A DNA stretch of 64,000 nucleotides from Elusimicrobiota bacterium (GCA_016207645.1 JACQPH010000075.1:8101-72100), one strand, 5' to 3'. Shown: positions 36,926-46,882, numbered from the stretch's first letter. The notes: generated by a model not told the origin, from the sequence alone. A program made the numbers and translations.

Positions 36926-37613
36926 TATTCAAGTAGCGCTGGACCGTTCCGAAGCCGTCACCTGGCGCGGCCGCGGCATAGTCATAGACCTGTTCAGGTT
37001 CTCCAATACCATCTGCGCCCTGCTGGAAAGCGGGCGCCGCGACGTGCGGGTCTACGCCAGCCCGGCCATGGCGCTGGCCGCGCGGCTCCGTATCGCGGGC
37101 GCGGACATTTTTTCGGAAATAGACCTGGGCCCCGGCGTGGACAAGTACGACAATTCGCCCTATACCGCGCTGCACGGCTCCGACCCCTCCCGCCCCGCGC
37201 TGTCGGTCACCAATTCGGGCTCGCCGGCGGCCGCCTCGCTGCTGCTGGCCGAGGAGGTGCTGGTGGCCTGCTTCGCTAATTTCCCGGCGCTGGCCGCCTA
37301 CTGCCTGGCCGACCCGAAGCCGACCCTTATCGTGCCGGCCTGCCTGTTCTACGACAGCCGGCACGTAGAGGACCTGATCTGCGCCCGCGCCCTCGTCGAA
37401 GAACTGGCGGGGCGGGACGTTTTCGAGCGGGCCCTGCAGGAGATCCACGCCAGCGGCAGGGTGCTGGATTTCATGGCCGGCAGGCCGGAAACAGGCAGGC
37501 GCGACCTGGACCTGGCGCTGAAAAGGGGCTATATGAAGGCCGTGCCCAGGATAAAATTCAAGGCCGGGGCCGGGCTGGTGGACAATGCCGCGGAGAAGAA
37601 GGGCGGGCGATGA
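36891..37613 (+). CDS. 2-phosphosulfolactate phosphatase (ComB) family protein
   Basis: IVIDLFRFSNTI, DNSPYTA, VTNSGSPA and HVEDLICARAL segments match the ComB-family pattern from memory; ATGA overlap with queC. Confidence 0.55.
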   Translation: MSQQSPLRRQNNIQVALDRSEAVTWRGRGIVIDLFRFSNTICALLESGRRDVRVYASPAMALAARLRIAGADIFSEIDLGPGVDKYDNSPYTALHGSDPSRPALSVTNSGSPAAASLLLAEEVLVACFANFPALAAYCLADPKPTLIVPACLFYDSRHVEDLICARALVEELAGRDVFERALQEIHASGRVLDFMAGRPETGRRDLDLALKRGYMKAVPRIKFKAGAGLVDNAAEKKGGR

Positions 37614-38290
37614 AAAAGAAGAAGGCCGTGGTCCTGTTCTCCGGAGGTCTGGATTCCACCACCGCTTTGTGCTGGGCCCTTTCAAAAGGCTACGACTGCC
37701 TGGCGGTATCGTTCGCTTACGGGCAGCGCCATTCCCGCGAGAACGCGGCCGCCCGCGCCATCGCCCGCCGCCTGGGCGTAAAGCTCTACGAGATAAAGCT
37801 GGATCTTCCCTGGCTCGCCGTCAGCTCCCTGGTCAACGGCGGCCTGAAGCTGCCCGACGTCGAGCTTTCGAAGATAGGCGCGAAGGGGGGGATCCCTTCC
37901 ACTTATGTGCCGGGGCGCAACCTGGTCTTCGCCTCGGTCGGTTTTTCGCTGGCCGACGCCGTGGGGGCCGCGGCGATCGTGCTCGGGCCCAACGTGGTGG
38001 ACTATTCCGGCTACCCGGACTGCCGCCCGGCCTTTTACCGCGCCCTGGAGAAAGCCGCGGCGCACGGGACCAGGAGCGGGTCGGGCGGAAAGAAAATAAA
38101 GCTGCTAACGCCCCTTATCAGGCTGAGCAAGGCGGGCATAGCCAGGCTGGCGGTGAAGCTCAAGGCGCCGCTGGAGCTGACCTGGTCCTGCTACAGCGGC
38201 GGAGCGAAACCCTGCGGCCATTGCGATTCCTGCAAGCTCCGCGCGAAAGGCTTCGCCGAAGCCGGGCTGAAAGACCCGGCCCTGAAATAG
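37610..38290 (+). CDS. queC: 7-cyano-7-deazaguanine synthase
   Basis: VVLFSGGLDSTT PP-loop; C-terminal CGHCDSCKLR zinc cluster. Confidence 0.93.
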   Translation: MKKKKAVVLFSGGLDSTTALCWALSKGYDCLAVSFAYGQRHSRENAAARAIARRLGVKLYEIKLDLPWLAVSSLVNGGLKLPDVELSKIGAKGGIPSTYVPGRNLVFASVGFSLADAVGAAAIVLGPNVVDYSGYPDCRPAFYRALEKAAAHGTRSGSGGKKIKLLTPLIRLSKAGIARLAVKLKAPLELTWSCYSGGAKPCGHCDSCKLRAKGFAEAGLKDPALK

Positions 38291-38294
38291 CCGC

Positions 38295-38996
38295 ATGAAA
38301 GAACTCACAGCCCCCATAGCCGAGATCTTCTGCTCGCTGCAGGGCGAAGGGCTTTACTGCGGGCAGAAGCAGGTTTTCCTGCGCTTCGCCGGCTGCAACC
38401 TCGCCTGCGTCTACTGCGACGAGCCCGCGGCCCGGGACGCCGCCGCCTCGCCGATGACTCCCGCGGAGGCGGCGCGGGCGATAATAAAGCTGGCCCGCGC
38501 GAAAAAGGCCCGGGCGGTTTCTCTTACCGGCGGCGAGCCGCTCCTGCACTGGCGCTTCATCAAGGCCGCCGCGCCGGCGCTGAAAAAGGCCGGGCTGGCC
38601 CTGCACCTGGAGACCAACGGCGTGCTTTACCGCGAACTGTCCAAAACGGCTTCCGCGGCCGACGTGATAGCCATGGATATCAAGCTGCCTTCTTCCACCG
38701 GCGGGCGGGCCTTCTGGGCGGAGCACGGGAAATTCCTGGCCGCCGCGCCGGGGAAGACCTTCATCAAGACCGTGGTCACCTCCAGGACGAAGCTCTCCGA
38801 ATTTAAAAAAGCCGTCGACCTGGCCGTTGCGGTGCGGCGCGGCATCCCATTTTTCATCCAGCCGGCCACGGCCGGGCGCGGGAAGGCCCGCCCTCCTTCG
38901 GCCGGGTTCATGGAGGGGGCCCGCCGCTACGCGGCCTTGAAACTGTCCGCGGTGAAAGTGCTGCCGCAGCAGCACCCCTTGTGGGGCGTTAAATAG
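38295..38996 (+). CDS. queE: 7-carboxy-7-deazaguanine synthase (radical SAM)
   Basis: FCSLQGEG and CNLACVYCD cluster motif. Confidence 0.88.
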   Translation: MKELTAPIAEIFCSLQGEGLYCGQKQVFLRFAGCNLACVYCDEPAARDAAASPMTPAEAARAIIKLARAKKARAVSLTGGEPLLHWRFIKAAAPALKKAGLALHLETNGVLYRELSKTASAADVIAMDIKLPSSTGGRAFWAEHGKFLAAAPGKTFIKTVVTSRTKLSEFKKAVDLAVAVRRGIPFFIQPATAGRGKARPPSAGFMEGARRYAALKLSAVKVLPQQHPLWGVK

Positions 38997-39010
38997 GAGC
39001 TGTTACGCTT

Positions 39011-39316
39011 ATGTCCGAAGGAACTTTTCTCATAGACTGCCCGTGCTGCAAAGCGCGGGTGGAGGTGGATAAAAAGACCGGCAAGGTGCTGCGCCACTGG
39101 GAGAAGCCCGTGGTGAAGGAAGGCGGCGACCCCATGCGGGAGGCCTTTAAAAAGATGAAGGAAGATAAAAGCCGCCTGGACAGCTATTTCTCTAACGCCG
39201 GCAGGAGCCTGGAAGACAAGAAGAAGGAACTGGACGAGAAGTTTGAAAAAGAGAAGAAGCGCATTAAAGATTCCGGGGACAATTCCAGGCCGGAAACGCC
39301 CTGGGACCTTGACTAG
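39011..39316 (+). CDS. hypothetical protein with N-terminal CxxC knuckle and Lys/Glu-rich tail
   Basis: 101 aa; IDCPCCKARVEVD then charged helical region. Confidence 0.5.
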   Translation: MSEGTFLIDCPCCKARVEVDKKTGKVLRHWEKPVVKEGGDPMREAFKKMKEDKSRLDSYFSNAGRSLEDKKKELDEKFEKEKKRIKDSGDNSRPETPWDLD

Positions 39317-39433
39317 GCCCGCGTAACCGCGGCCCTGTTCTTTCATATTCATGCTTACCCGCGTCCGGCAACGCCCCGTAGCAATATGAATTCCGCTTAA
39401 CAATGTTCAAAAAGCGGGAATGAACCTTATAAT

Positions 39434-39546
39434 ATAGATAGATATAATCAAGACGGGAAGGCGTTTAAGCGCCCGCGCGCGCGGGTACATTGCGCGGCCG
39501 CGGGTTGGCCTGCCCTTAGTGCCCATATTTCTATGGGTCTTTTTTT
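39434..39546 (+). ncRNA. candidate small RNA (promoter-to-terminator unit)
   Basis: TTCAAA (39406-39411)-16-TATAAT (39428-39433) upstream; GC-rich palindromes CCCGCGCGCGCGGG and CGCGGCCGCG; ends with CCCATA-TTTC-TATGGG plus TCTTTTTTT. Confidence 0.3.
39522..39546 (+). terminator. intrinsic terminator (short stem, long T-run)
   Basis: CCCATA/TATGGG stem followed by TCTTTTTTT. Confidence 0.4.
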
Positions 39547-39605
39547 AGGGCTTCCGGGCCTTTACGGCCCTTTAAGAAAAGCGCCGCGGGCCGTATACTA
39601 TAAGC

Positions 39606-41183
39606 ATGACGAATAAAAAAACCGCCCTTACCATCCTAGCAGCCTGTGTCCTGCTCCACGTTCCAGCCTCGGCCCAGACTACCGCCAGGCAGGCGGCTAT
39701 CCTTGAAAAGTACGGCGCCTCGGCCCCGGGTCTCGGCTTGAACATGGACGGGCTGAAGGCTTCCCCGGTACCGGACCCCAAAGCCCAGCCGATACCCGTA
39801 CCCCAGCAGTTCTCCACCTACGAAGCCATCTCCTACACCGGCACCGCGGTCACCGCCTGGTACGCGCTGGGCGCCCAGGTAACCGACAACCTGCCCTGGA
39901 CCAATACCCCCACTTTCGAAGCCATCTCCGACCGCGTGATGCGGGCCTCTAAATCCAAGGCCTTCCCCGCCCGGCCGGCCGGCCAGCCCTCCCTTTTCAC
40001 CGACGAGGGCTTCATCCGCGAATACGAGCGGGTCACCAACGGCCGTTTCTCCTCCGGCAATTCCGTCCGCTTCCTGATCAACGGCCCCGCCTCCTTCGAG
40101 GTCAAGGACGCCCTGATCCGCAGCGCGAAGAAGAGCCTGCTGGTCTCCACCTGGGCCTTCTACGACGATACCACCGGCTACCAGGCCGCGCAGATGCTGA
40201 TAGCCAAGAAGAAAGAGGGCGTGGACGTGAAGGTGATGCTGGACAAGAAGGTGCTGGCCGGCCACGGCAAGAAGGTGGTCAGGCTGATGACCGACGCCGG
40301 CATAGAGGTGCTCAAGTATACCGAGAAACGTGCCAACGATATCTGGCACGTGAAAGTGCTGATAGCCGACGACCAGTACGCGGTGGTGGGCGGCCTGAAT
40401 TTCGCCGACGTGTACTCGCATAAGTCCGGCACTATCCTCTGGCGCGACACCGACGTGGTCTACTCCGGCCCGGCCGTGCTCGACGCCCGCAAGCTGCTGG
40501 CGGACGTCTGGAACGCCAACGCCAAAAAGAACGGCTTCAAGACCATAGACGCCCGCACCACCGGGATGCCCTTCGAGGGCGGCGCCGCCCGCGTGGCCAC
40601 CGTGATGCAGGACCCGCCCCGGGATTCCACCATCCTCATCAGCATCATCAAGGCGATGTACGCGGCCACTAAGAACATCAATATCGAGAACGCCTACTTC
40701 GTCTCCCTGCCCGTGGTGACCCAGGCCGTGCTCGACGCCCGCGCCCGCGGCGTGGAGGTTAACATCCTGACCAATTCCAGGGAGAGCATCGACCCCGAGG
40801 GCCTGGTGATAGTGGAGGCGATGTACAAGTGCCTGGTCCCGCTGGCCGAGGCCGGCGCCAGCATCTACCTCTATAACGGCATCCGCTCCCCCGGCGACAC
40901 CCTGCACTCCAAGTTCATGACCGTGGACGGCGAGTTCGCCGACATCGGCTCCTACAACCTGCACCCCCGCGGCGAGCGCTACGACACCGAGGTCAACGTG
41001 AACGTCCTGGACCGCGGCTCGGTGGCGCAGCTGGACGAGGCTTTCTACAAGGACGTGAAGAACTCCCGCCGGGTGAAGACCTCCGCCGACCTGGGCGGCA
41101 AGCCCGGCTTCCTGGCGAACATGGCCAACAACTACTTCTACGCGCAGCTCGAGGCCCCCCCGGGGGGCCTGAGCCGGGAGTAA
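39606..41183 (+). CDS. secreted phospholipase D / cardiolipin-synthase-like family protein
   Basis: Signal peptide; two HKD motifs (WHVKVLIADDQYAVVGGLNF and LHSKFMTVDGEFADIGSYNL). Confidence 0.85.
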   Translation: MTNKKTALTILAACVLLHVPASAQTTARQAAILEKYGASAPGLGLNMDGLKASPVPDPKAQPIPVPQQFSTYEAISYTGTAVTAWYALGAQVTDNLPWTNTPTFEAISDRVMRASKSKAFPARPAGQPSLFTDEGFIREYERVTNGRFSSGNSVRFLINGPASFEVKDALIRSAKKSLLVSTWAFYDDTTGYQAAQMLIAKKKEGVDVKVMLDKKVLAGHGKKVVRLMTDAGIEVLKYTEKRANDIWHVKVLIADDQYAVVGGLNFADVYSHKSGTILWRDTDVVYSGPAVLDARKLLADVWNANAKKNGFKTIDARTTGMPFEGGAARVATVMQDPPRDSTILISIIKAMYAATKNINIENAYFVSLPVVTQAVLDARARGVEVNILTNSRESIDPEGLVIVEAMYKCLVPLAEAGASIYLYNGIRSPGDTLHSKFMTVDGEFADIGSYNLHPRGERYDTEVNVNVLDRGSVAQLDEAFYKDVKNSRRVKTSADLGGKPGFLANMANNYFYAQLEAPPGGLSRE

Positions 41184-41201
41184 ACTCCGGGACCCGGAGA
41201 G

Positions 41202-41236
41202 GAGGAAGCCGGGGGCCGCCCCGGCTTCCTCTTTTT
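41202..41236 (+). terminator. intrinsic terminator
   Basis: GAGGAAGCCGGGG-GCCG-CCCCGGCTTCCTC followed by TTTTT. Confidence 0.75.
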
Positions 41237-41276
41237 CATTGGTAAAGCACCCTCTAAAAAATCTAAAATATAAATA

Positions 41277-41828
41277 ATGCATAAGGACCTGCGGGAGGTG
41301 CTGCTTTCCCGGCCCGAGCTGGAAGCCGGCGTAAAGAAGCTGGGCGAGCGGATCTCCGCCGACTACGCGGGCCGCTGCGTCACGCTGGTGGGCGTGCTGA
41401 AGGGCTGCGTGCTCTTCATGTCGGACCTGGCCAAGAGCGTTTCCGTGGACACCCGCATGGATTTCATGATGCTCTCCTCTTATTCCGGCGCGCATTCCAC
41501 CGGCGTGGTGCGCATCCTGCTGGACCTGAAGGAGAGCATCGAGGACTGCGACGTGCTTATCGTCGAGGACATAGTGGATTCCGGCCTGACGATGGAGTAC
41601 ATGCTGCAGAACCTCAGGACCCGCCGGCCCCGGTCGCTGGAGGTCTGCACGCTGCTGGACAAGCCCAGCCGCCGCCGGGCGCAGGTGCCGATAAAATACG
41701 CCGGCTTCACCATCGAGGACAAATTCGTGGTGGGCTACGGGCTGGACTTTAACGGGCTCTACCGCAACCTCCCGTACATCGGCGTTTTGAAGCCGGAGGC
41801 CATAGAAGGAAAGAATATATGCCGTTGA
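41277..41828 (+). CDS. hpt: hypoxanthine phosphoribosyltransferase
   Basis: VLIVEDIVDSGLT PRPP-binding motif; hpt-ftsH synteny. Confidence 0.93.
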   Translation: MHKDLREVLLSRPELEAGVKKLGERISADYAGRCVTLVGVLKGCVLFMSDLAKSVSVDTRMDFMMLSSYSGAHSTGVVRILLDLKESIEDCDVLIVEDIVDSGLTMEYMLQNLRTRRPRSLEVCTLLDKPSRRRAQVPIKYAGFTIEDKFVVGYGLDFNGLYRNLPYIGVLKPEAIEGKNICR

Positions 41829-43627
41829 AAAAGAATTTAAGGCAGCTGCTGTTCTGGTTCCTGGCGTTCACGCTCTTCGTGGCCGTGTACCAGAACATGA
41901 AAGGCGTGGAGCGGGAGCGCCAGCTCCCCTATTCCGAATTCAAGGCCAAGCTCCGCGACAGGCAGATCACCGACGTCAGCGTGCGCCAGGACATGATCAG
42001 CGGCAAGCTCAGGGAGGGCGACAAGAGCGTCGCCTTCAAGACCATCCCGATGACCGACGCGAAGCTGATAGAGGACCTGGAGACCGCCGGCGTAACGAAC
42101 TTCAAGGCCGAGGCCGACCGGGGCTGGATAGCCGGGCTCATCCTCAATATCGGCTGGATCCTCGTTTTCGTCTTCATCTGGTGGTTCCTCTTCATCCGCC
42201 AGGCCCAGATGGGCGGCAAGCAGGCCATGGCCTTCGGCAAATCCAAAGCCAAGCAGCAGGACATGAAGAAGCAGAAGGTCACTTTCAAGGACGTGGCCGG
42301 CTGCGACGAGACCAAGGAAGAGCTGAAGGACATAGTCGACTACCTCAAGAACCCCAAGAAATACCAGGTCCTGGGCGGCGAGCTGCCCAAGGGCGTGCTG
42401 CTCTACGGTCCCCCCGGCACCGGCAAGACGCTGCTGGCCCGCGCCGTGGCGGGCGAGGCCGGCGTGCCTTTCTTCACCGCCTCCGGCTCGGAGTTCGTGG
42501 AAATGTTCGTGGGTGTGGGCGCCAGCCGCGTGCGCGACCTGTTCGAACGGGCCAAGAAGAGCGCCCCGGCGATAATTTTCCTCGACGAGCTCGACGCCGT
42601 CGGGCGGTCGCGCTTCGCCGGCATCGGCGGCGGGCACGACGAGCGCGAGCAGACCCTCAACCAGATGCTCGTGGAGCTGGACGGCTTCGAATCCAAGGAA
42701 GGCATCATCCTGATAGGCGCCACCAACCGCCCCGACGTGCTGGACACCGCGCTGCTGCGGCCCGGCCGCTTCGACCGGCGCATCAACGTGCCGGTGCCGG
42801 ACATCAAGGGCCGGCTGGAGATCCTCAACGTGCACGCTAAAAAGGTGAAGCTCACCCCGGACACGGACCTGAACGTGATAGCCCGCCACACCCCCGGCTG
42901 CACCGGCGCGGACCTGGCCAATATAGTCAACGAGAGCGCCATCCTCGCCGCGAAGAAGGAGCAGAAGTCCGTGGACCTGAAGGACCTGGAGGAGGCCATC
43001 GAGAAGATGTTCGCCGGCCCCCAGCGCAAGTCCCGCATCATTTCGGACGCCGAGAAGAGGGTGGTGGCCTACCACGAGGCCGGACATACGCTGGTGGCGA
43101 AAACCCTGCCCGGCTGCGACCCGGTGCACAAGGTGACCATCATCCCGCGCGGACCCGCCCTGGGCTATACCATGCAGATGCCGCTGGAGGACAAATATCT
43201 CACCTCGAAGACCGAGATCCTGAACCGGATCTGCGTGCTGCTGGGCGGCCGCGCGGCCGAGGAGATAGCCATCGGCGAGATCACCACCGGCGCCCACGAC
43301 GACCTGAACAAGGTGACCAGCTTCGTCCAGAAGATGGTGCTCGAATTCGGCATGAGCGAGAAGATCGGCCTGCAGTCCCTCAAGAAGGACGAGTCCGAAG
43401 TGTTCCTCGGCCGCGACATAGTGCGCCAGGCCGGCTACTCCAACGAGACCGCCCGCCTGGTGGACGAGGAGATCAAGCGCATCATCAGCGACAGCTATAT
43501 GAAGGCCAAGGCCGCGCTGACCGGCAACCGCAGGGCGCTGGACGCCATAGCCAACCGCCTGATAGAGAACGAGGTCGTGGACGCCTTGGAGATAGACGCT
43601 TTGATGGCCGCGGCGAAGGCCGCCTGA
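41819..43627 (+). CDS. ftsH: ATP-dependent zinc metalloprotease FtsH
   Basis: [23 protein letters not shown] Walker A, HEAGH zinc site. Confidence 0.97.
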   Translation: MPLKKNLRQLLFWFLAFTLFVAVYQNMKGVERERQLPYSEFKAKLRDRQITDVSVRQDMISGKLREGDKSVAFKTIPMTDAKLIEDLETAGVTNFKAEADRGWIAGLILNIGWILVFVFIWWFLFIRQAQMGGKQAMAFGKSKAKQQDMKKQKVTFKDVAGCDETKEELKDIVDYLKNPKKYQVLGGELPKGVLLYGPPGTGKTLLARAVAGEAGVPFFTASGSEFVEMFVGVGASRVRDLFERAKKSAPAIIFLDELDAVGRSRFAGIGGGHDEREQTLNQMLVELDGFESKEGIILIGATNRPDVLDTALLRPGRFDRRINVPVPDIKGRLEILNVHAKKVKLTPDTDLNVIARHTPGCTGADLANIVNESAILAAKKEQKSVDLKDLEEAIEKMFAGPQRKSRIISDAEKRVVAYHEAGHTLVAKTLPGCDPVHKVTIIPRGPALGYTMQMPLEDKYLTSKTEILNRICVLLGGRAAEEIAIGEITTGAHDDLNKVTSFVQKMVLEFGMSEKIGLQSLKKDESEVFLGRDIVRQAGYSNETARLVDEEIKRIISDSYMKAKAALTGNRRALDAIANRLIENEVVDALEIDALMAAAKAA

Positions 43628-43652
43628 AAATAAACGGGGGGGAAAGTAACGG

Positions 43653-44483
43653 ATGTACCTGCAGTACGCCAAGAACCTGGTGGATATCGCGGTGGTATAC
43701 TACATAGTATACCGCCTGATCCTGCTGCTCAAGGGCACGCGCGCCATGCAGGTCATCTGGGGCGTCTTCATCCTGGCCGTGATCACGGCCGTGGCCAAGT
43801 ACCTGCACCTCGCCGCCACCGTCTGGCTGATGCAGCAGTTCTGGCTGGCCGGCATGTTCCTCCTGATCGTGGTCTTCCAGCCGGAGATCCGCTTCGCCCT
43901 GGCCAATATCGGCTCGAACCCGCTGGGCCGGGTGATGGTCTCGCAGGAGTACCGCTTCATAGGCGAGATGATGGAGGCCATCCGCTCCGCCGCCGCCGAG
44001 AAGATGGGGATGCTGATAGTGCTGGAGCAGGACATGGCCCTGCGCGACATCGTGGAGACCGGGGTGCGCGTGAACGGCGAGGTCTCCAAGGAGCTGCTGC
44101 TTACCGTTTTCCATATCAACACCCTGCTGCACGACGGCGCTTCCGTGATAGCCAATAACAGGCTGGTGGCCGCCGGCTGCATCCTGCCGCTGACCGAGCA
44201 GCAGGAGCTGTCCAAGATCCTCGGCATGCGCCACCGCGCCGCGCTGGGCCTGAGCGAAGTGGCCGACGCCATCATCATCATAGTTTCGGAGGAGACTGGC
44301 ACGCTGTCCGTGGCCCGCAACGGGAAGCTGCAGCAGGCGGTGGACCCCAAGGACCTGGAGGCCATGCTGTACCAGCTCTACCGCTCCAAGGCCGAGAAGA
44401 CCCTGCTCAGGCGCGGCGCGCGCCAGGAGGCCGCGCCGTCCCCGGCCGCCCCGCCCGCCGGCGCGCCGCCGTCGCAGGCCTGA
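43653..44483 (+). CDS. cdaA: diadenylate cyclase CdaA
   Basis: Three N-terminal TM helices; DGA and RHR motifs (LLHDGASVI, GMRHRAALGLSE). Confidence 0.92.
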   Translation: MYLQYAKNLVDIAVVYYIVYRLILLLKGTRAMQVIWGVFILAVITAVAKYLHLAATVWLMQQFWLAGMFLLIVVFQPEIRFALANIGSNPLGRVMVSQEYRFIGEMMEAIRSAAAEKMGMLIVLEQDMALRDIVETGVRVNGEVSKELLLTVFHINTLLHDGASVIANNRLVAAGCILPLTEQQELSKILGMRHRAALGLSEVADAIIIIVSEETGTLSVARNGKLQQAVDPKDLEAMLYQLYRSKAEKTLLRRGARQEAAPSPAAPPAGAPPSQA

Positions 44484-44520
44484 GATATGCCCCCTCTTCA
44501 ACTCCGCCCGGCATCCACGG

Positions 44521-44552
44521 CCCTCTACCCCCTACCCTCTACCCTCTACCCT
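44521..44552 (-). repeat. CCCTCTA-type heptamer block (C-rich half-site; G-rich on minus strand)
   Basis: ccctctaccccctaccctctaccctctaccct immediately upstream of the cdaR-like ATG. Confidence 0.8.
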
Positions 44553-44557
44553 TCTTT

Positions 44558-44656
44558 ATGAACATCCAGGAACTTTTCACCCGCAACTGGCAGATAAAAC
44601 TGCTCTCCCTCATCATAGCCCTGCTGATCTGGTACTTTATCACCGGCGGCGCTTAA
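44558..44656 (+). pseudogene. cdaR: truncated cdaR (YbbR-like) gene: N-terminal TM helix only
   Basis: MNIQELFTRNWQIKLLSLIIALLIWYFITGGA resembles YbbR/CdaR N-termini (NxW..K..ALL.A.LLW); stop codon abuts the repeat element at 44657. Confidence 0.5.
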
Positions 44657-44808
44657 GTTACTGCCCGGGTTCGGTGGTGGCCGGGGTTTTGCCCCGCGCA
44701 CCCGGAAGAGGAAACCCTTGCGTGGTTTCCCCCCGAAGCGGGGCCCCCCATCCGCAAGGGTGCGCGAAACAAAACCCCGTCCGCCCCCTCCAGCACCTGA
44801 GCAGTTAC
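44657..44808. repeat. MITE/REP-like long palindromic element, copy 2
   Basis: Termini gttactgc / gcagttac; same core as copies 1 and 3; arms fold into a long imperfect hairpin. Confidence 0.85.
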
Positions 44809-44913
44809 CTTTACCTATAAAATGTCTAGGCCCTAAAACAGCCGTTTCAGGGGCCTTTCGACCCTAGGTCCTTTTCGCGATAAAGGGCATAATAATATTA
44901 ACACGTAAAACTA

Positions 44914-46032
44914 ATGGCCAGGATAACCTTACTTTTAACAGCCCTGCTCCCGCTCCTCCCTCTCCAGGCCGCCTCCGCCGGGGCCCTGCGGCTGCCGGCT
45001 CTTCCCTCTTCCGTCGAAGTTCCCGCCGCCGGCCCGGCCGAAGAGAATCCCGGCGCCCTGGAGCTGGAATACGAGGAGTTCTATTCCGCCCTCAGGGTAT
45101 ATTCGGAAGTCGCCTACGTTTCCCCGCAGGACAGCCCCGCTTTTCTGGAAGCTTCCGCCGCCGGCCAGTATCTGCGCGGCCGCCTGGAGGAGATGGGCCG
45201 CCGCATCGAGCGCCTTACCGGCCGCGGCTACGCGCCGGTAATGTCGGTAAGGCGGGAAATCTCGTTCAGGGTGCGGAACGAGCTTGACGGCGTTTTCGGC
45301 TTTTACGGCTACGGCGCGCTGGAAGACCGGCCCGAAGAGGACCGCGGCGTGGTCATCAAGCAGGGCTACTGCCAGGTGAACTACGTAAAGAACAACGTGC
45401 CTTTCCTCGTGCAGTCCGACGCCTTCCTCAGGCAGGGCGAGGTCATACTGACCTTCGACGACGGCCCCGGTCAGTTCACGGAAGAGGTTTCCTCGACCAT
45501 GAAGGAAGGGGGCGCTCCCTCGGTCTTCTTCGTGCTGGGCTCCAAACTGGGCGCCGCGGGGAAGGAGCGGATACGCAGGGCCGCCGCCGACGGGCACGAG
45601 GTGGCGGTGCACGGCTATCACCACGCCACGGAATCCGGGAAGCCTTTCACGGCCCTTTCGCAGGAGGAGACCCTCCGCCAGCTGTCCCTGGTGCGGGGCG
45701 CCATCAAGTCCTCCGTCGGCAGGCGGCCGGACTTCTTCAGGCCGCCTTACGGCATAATCTCCCCGGAGGCGCTCAAAGCCGTGATCTCCGACCTGGAACT
45801 GGTGCCGGTGGGCTGGACTATAGATACGCTCGACTGGTCCACCAAGGACCCCGAAGAGCTTTTCAACAGGACGGTCTCCATGCTGAGCCGGCGCGGCAAG
45901 GGCATAGTGCTGCTGCACGACGTGCACGACCAGAGCCGCCTGGCCTCCGCGCGCCTGGTGAAGTGGCTGGCTGAGAACGGCTTCAAGGCGGTTTCCCCGG
46001 AAAGGCTGACGCAGGCTTTCAGGGGGGAGTGA
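44914..46032 (+). CDS. polysaccharide deacetylase (NodB homology) family protein, secreted
   Basis: Signal peptide; LTFDDGPG and HGYHH motifs. Confidence 0.85.
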   Translation: MARITLLLTALLPLLPLQAASAGALRLPALPSSVEVPAAGPAEENPGALELEYEEFYSALRVYSEVAYVSPQDSPAFLEASAAGQYLRGRLEEMGRRIERLTGRGYAPVMSVRREISFRVRNELDGVFGFYGYGALEDRPEEDRGVVIKQGYCQVNYVKNNVPFLVQSDAFLRQGEVILTFDDGPGQFTEEVSSTMKEGGAPSVFFVLGSKLGAAGKERIRRAAADGHEVAVHGYHHATESGKPFTALSQEETLRQLSLVRGAIKSSVGRRPDFFRPPYGIISPEALKAVISDLELVPVGWTIDTLDWSTKDPEELFNRTVSMLSRRGKGIVLLHDVHDQSRLASARLVKWLAENGFKAVSPERLTQAFRGE

Positions 46033-46086
46033 GGAAAAAAGCATCAAAGCCGGGAACTGAAGGGCAAAGACGGGAAAGACAGAACA

Positions 46087-46111
46087 GCGGGTCCGCGCGG
46101 ACCCGCTTTTT
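46087..46111 (+). terminator. intrinsic terminator
   Basis: GCGGGTCCG-CG-CGGACCCGC followed by TTTTT. Confidence 0.8.
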
Positions 46112-46138
46112 CGCGTCCAGATTTACTAAAATAAATTC

Positions 46139-46882
46139 ATGCAGCGAATCCAGGTTTACGCGCACAGGGGCGGCATGCTCAGGGCCCCGGAGAACACCGC
46201 GGCCGCTTTCAAGGCGGCCCTTTCCGACGGCGCCGACGCCGTGGAGTGCGACATCCGCCGCACCGCGGACGGGCAGTTCGTGGCCTTCCACGACGCCCGC
46301 GCGGGCAGGGTCTGCGGCCGGAACTGGAAGATCTCGGAAACGACCTGGCCCCATTTGAAAAGCCTGCGCGTGCTGGGCAGGGAGCCCATCCCCCACCTGG
46401 ACGATATCCTCAACCTGATGATACTGCGCCCCTCGGCCGAATTTTATTTCGAGCTGGCGCTCGGGAAAGGGTCGGACGCCGCCGACCTGGCCCTCCAGAT
46501 CAGCAGGGCCGGCGTCCAGTCCCGCGCTTTCATGCTGACCTATTCCTGCAGGACGGAGCTTCTCTCGGCCGCGCGCGCGGCCGTGCCGGGGGTGGGCCTG
46601 GCGGTAATGCCGCTTTTCCCTTCCTCCATGCTCGCTACGGCGGTGAAGGCGGGGGCCTCGAAGGTCTGCGCCGGCTGGGTGGACTGGCCGCTGACGAAGC
46701 AGCTTTTTTTCCTCGGCGCCTCGGCCTTCGATTTCAGGAAGCAGGCCGAGGGGGCGGCCCTGGCGGGGGTGGAGATCTCGGCCGGCATAGCGAACGACCC
46801 GCGCGAAGTGAGGAGGCTGAAGGAACTGGGCGCGAGGGCGGTCTGGACCGACGACATCCCCATGGCTTTAAAATATGTTTAA
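46139..46882 (+). CDS. glycerophosphodiester phosphodiesterase family protein
   Basis: YAHRGG...ENT...ECDIRRTADGQFVAFHD motifs. Confidence 0.85.
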   Translation: MQRIQVYAHRGGMLRAPENTAAAFKAALSDGADAVECDIRRTADGQFVAFHDARAGRVCGRNWKISETTWPHLKSLRVLGREPIPHLDDILNLMILRPSAEFYFELALGKGSDAADLALQISRAGVQSRAFMLTYSCRTELLSAARAAVPGVGLAVMPLFPSSMLATAVKAGASKVCAGWVDWPLTKQLFFLGASAFDFRKQAEGAALAGVEISAGIANDPREVRRLKELGARAVWTDDIPMALKYV

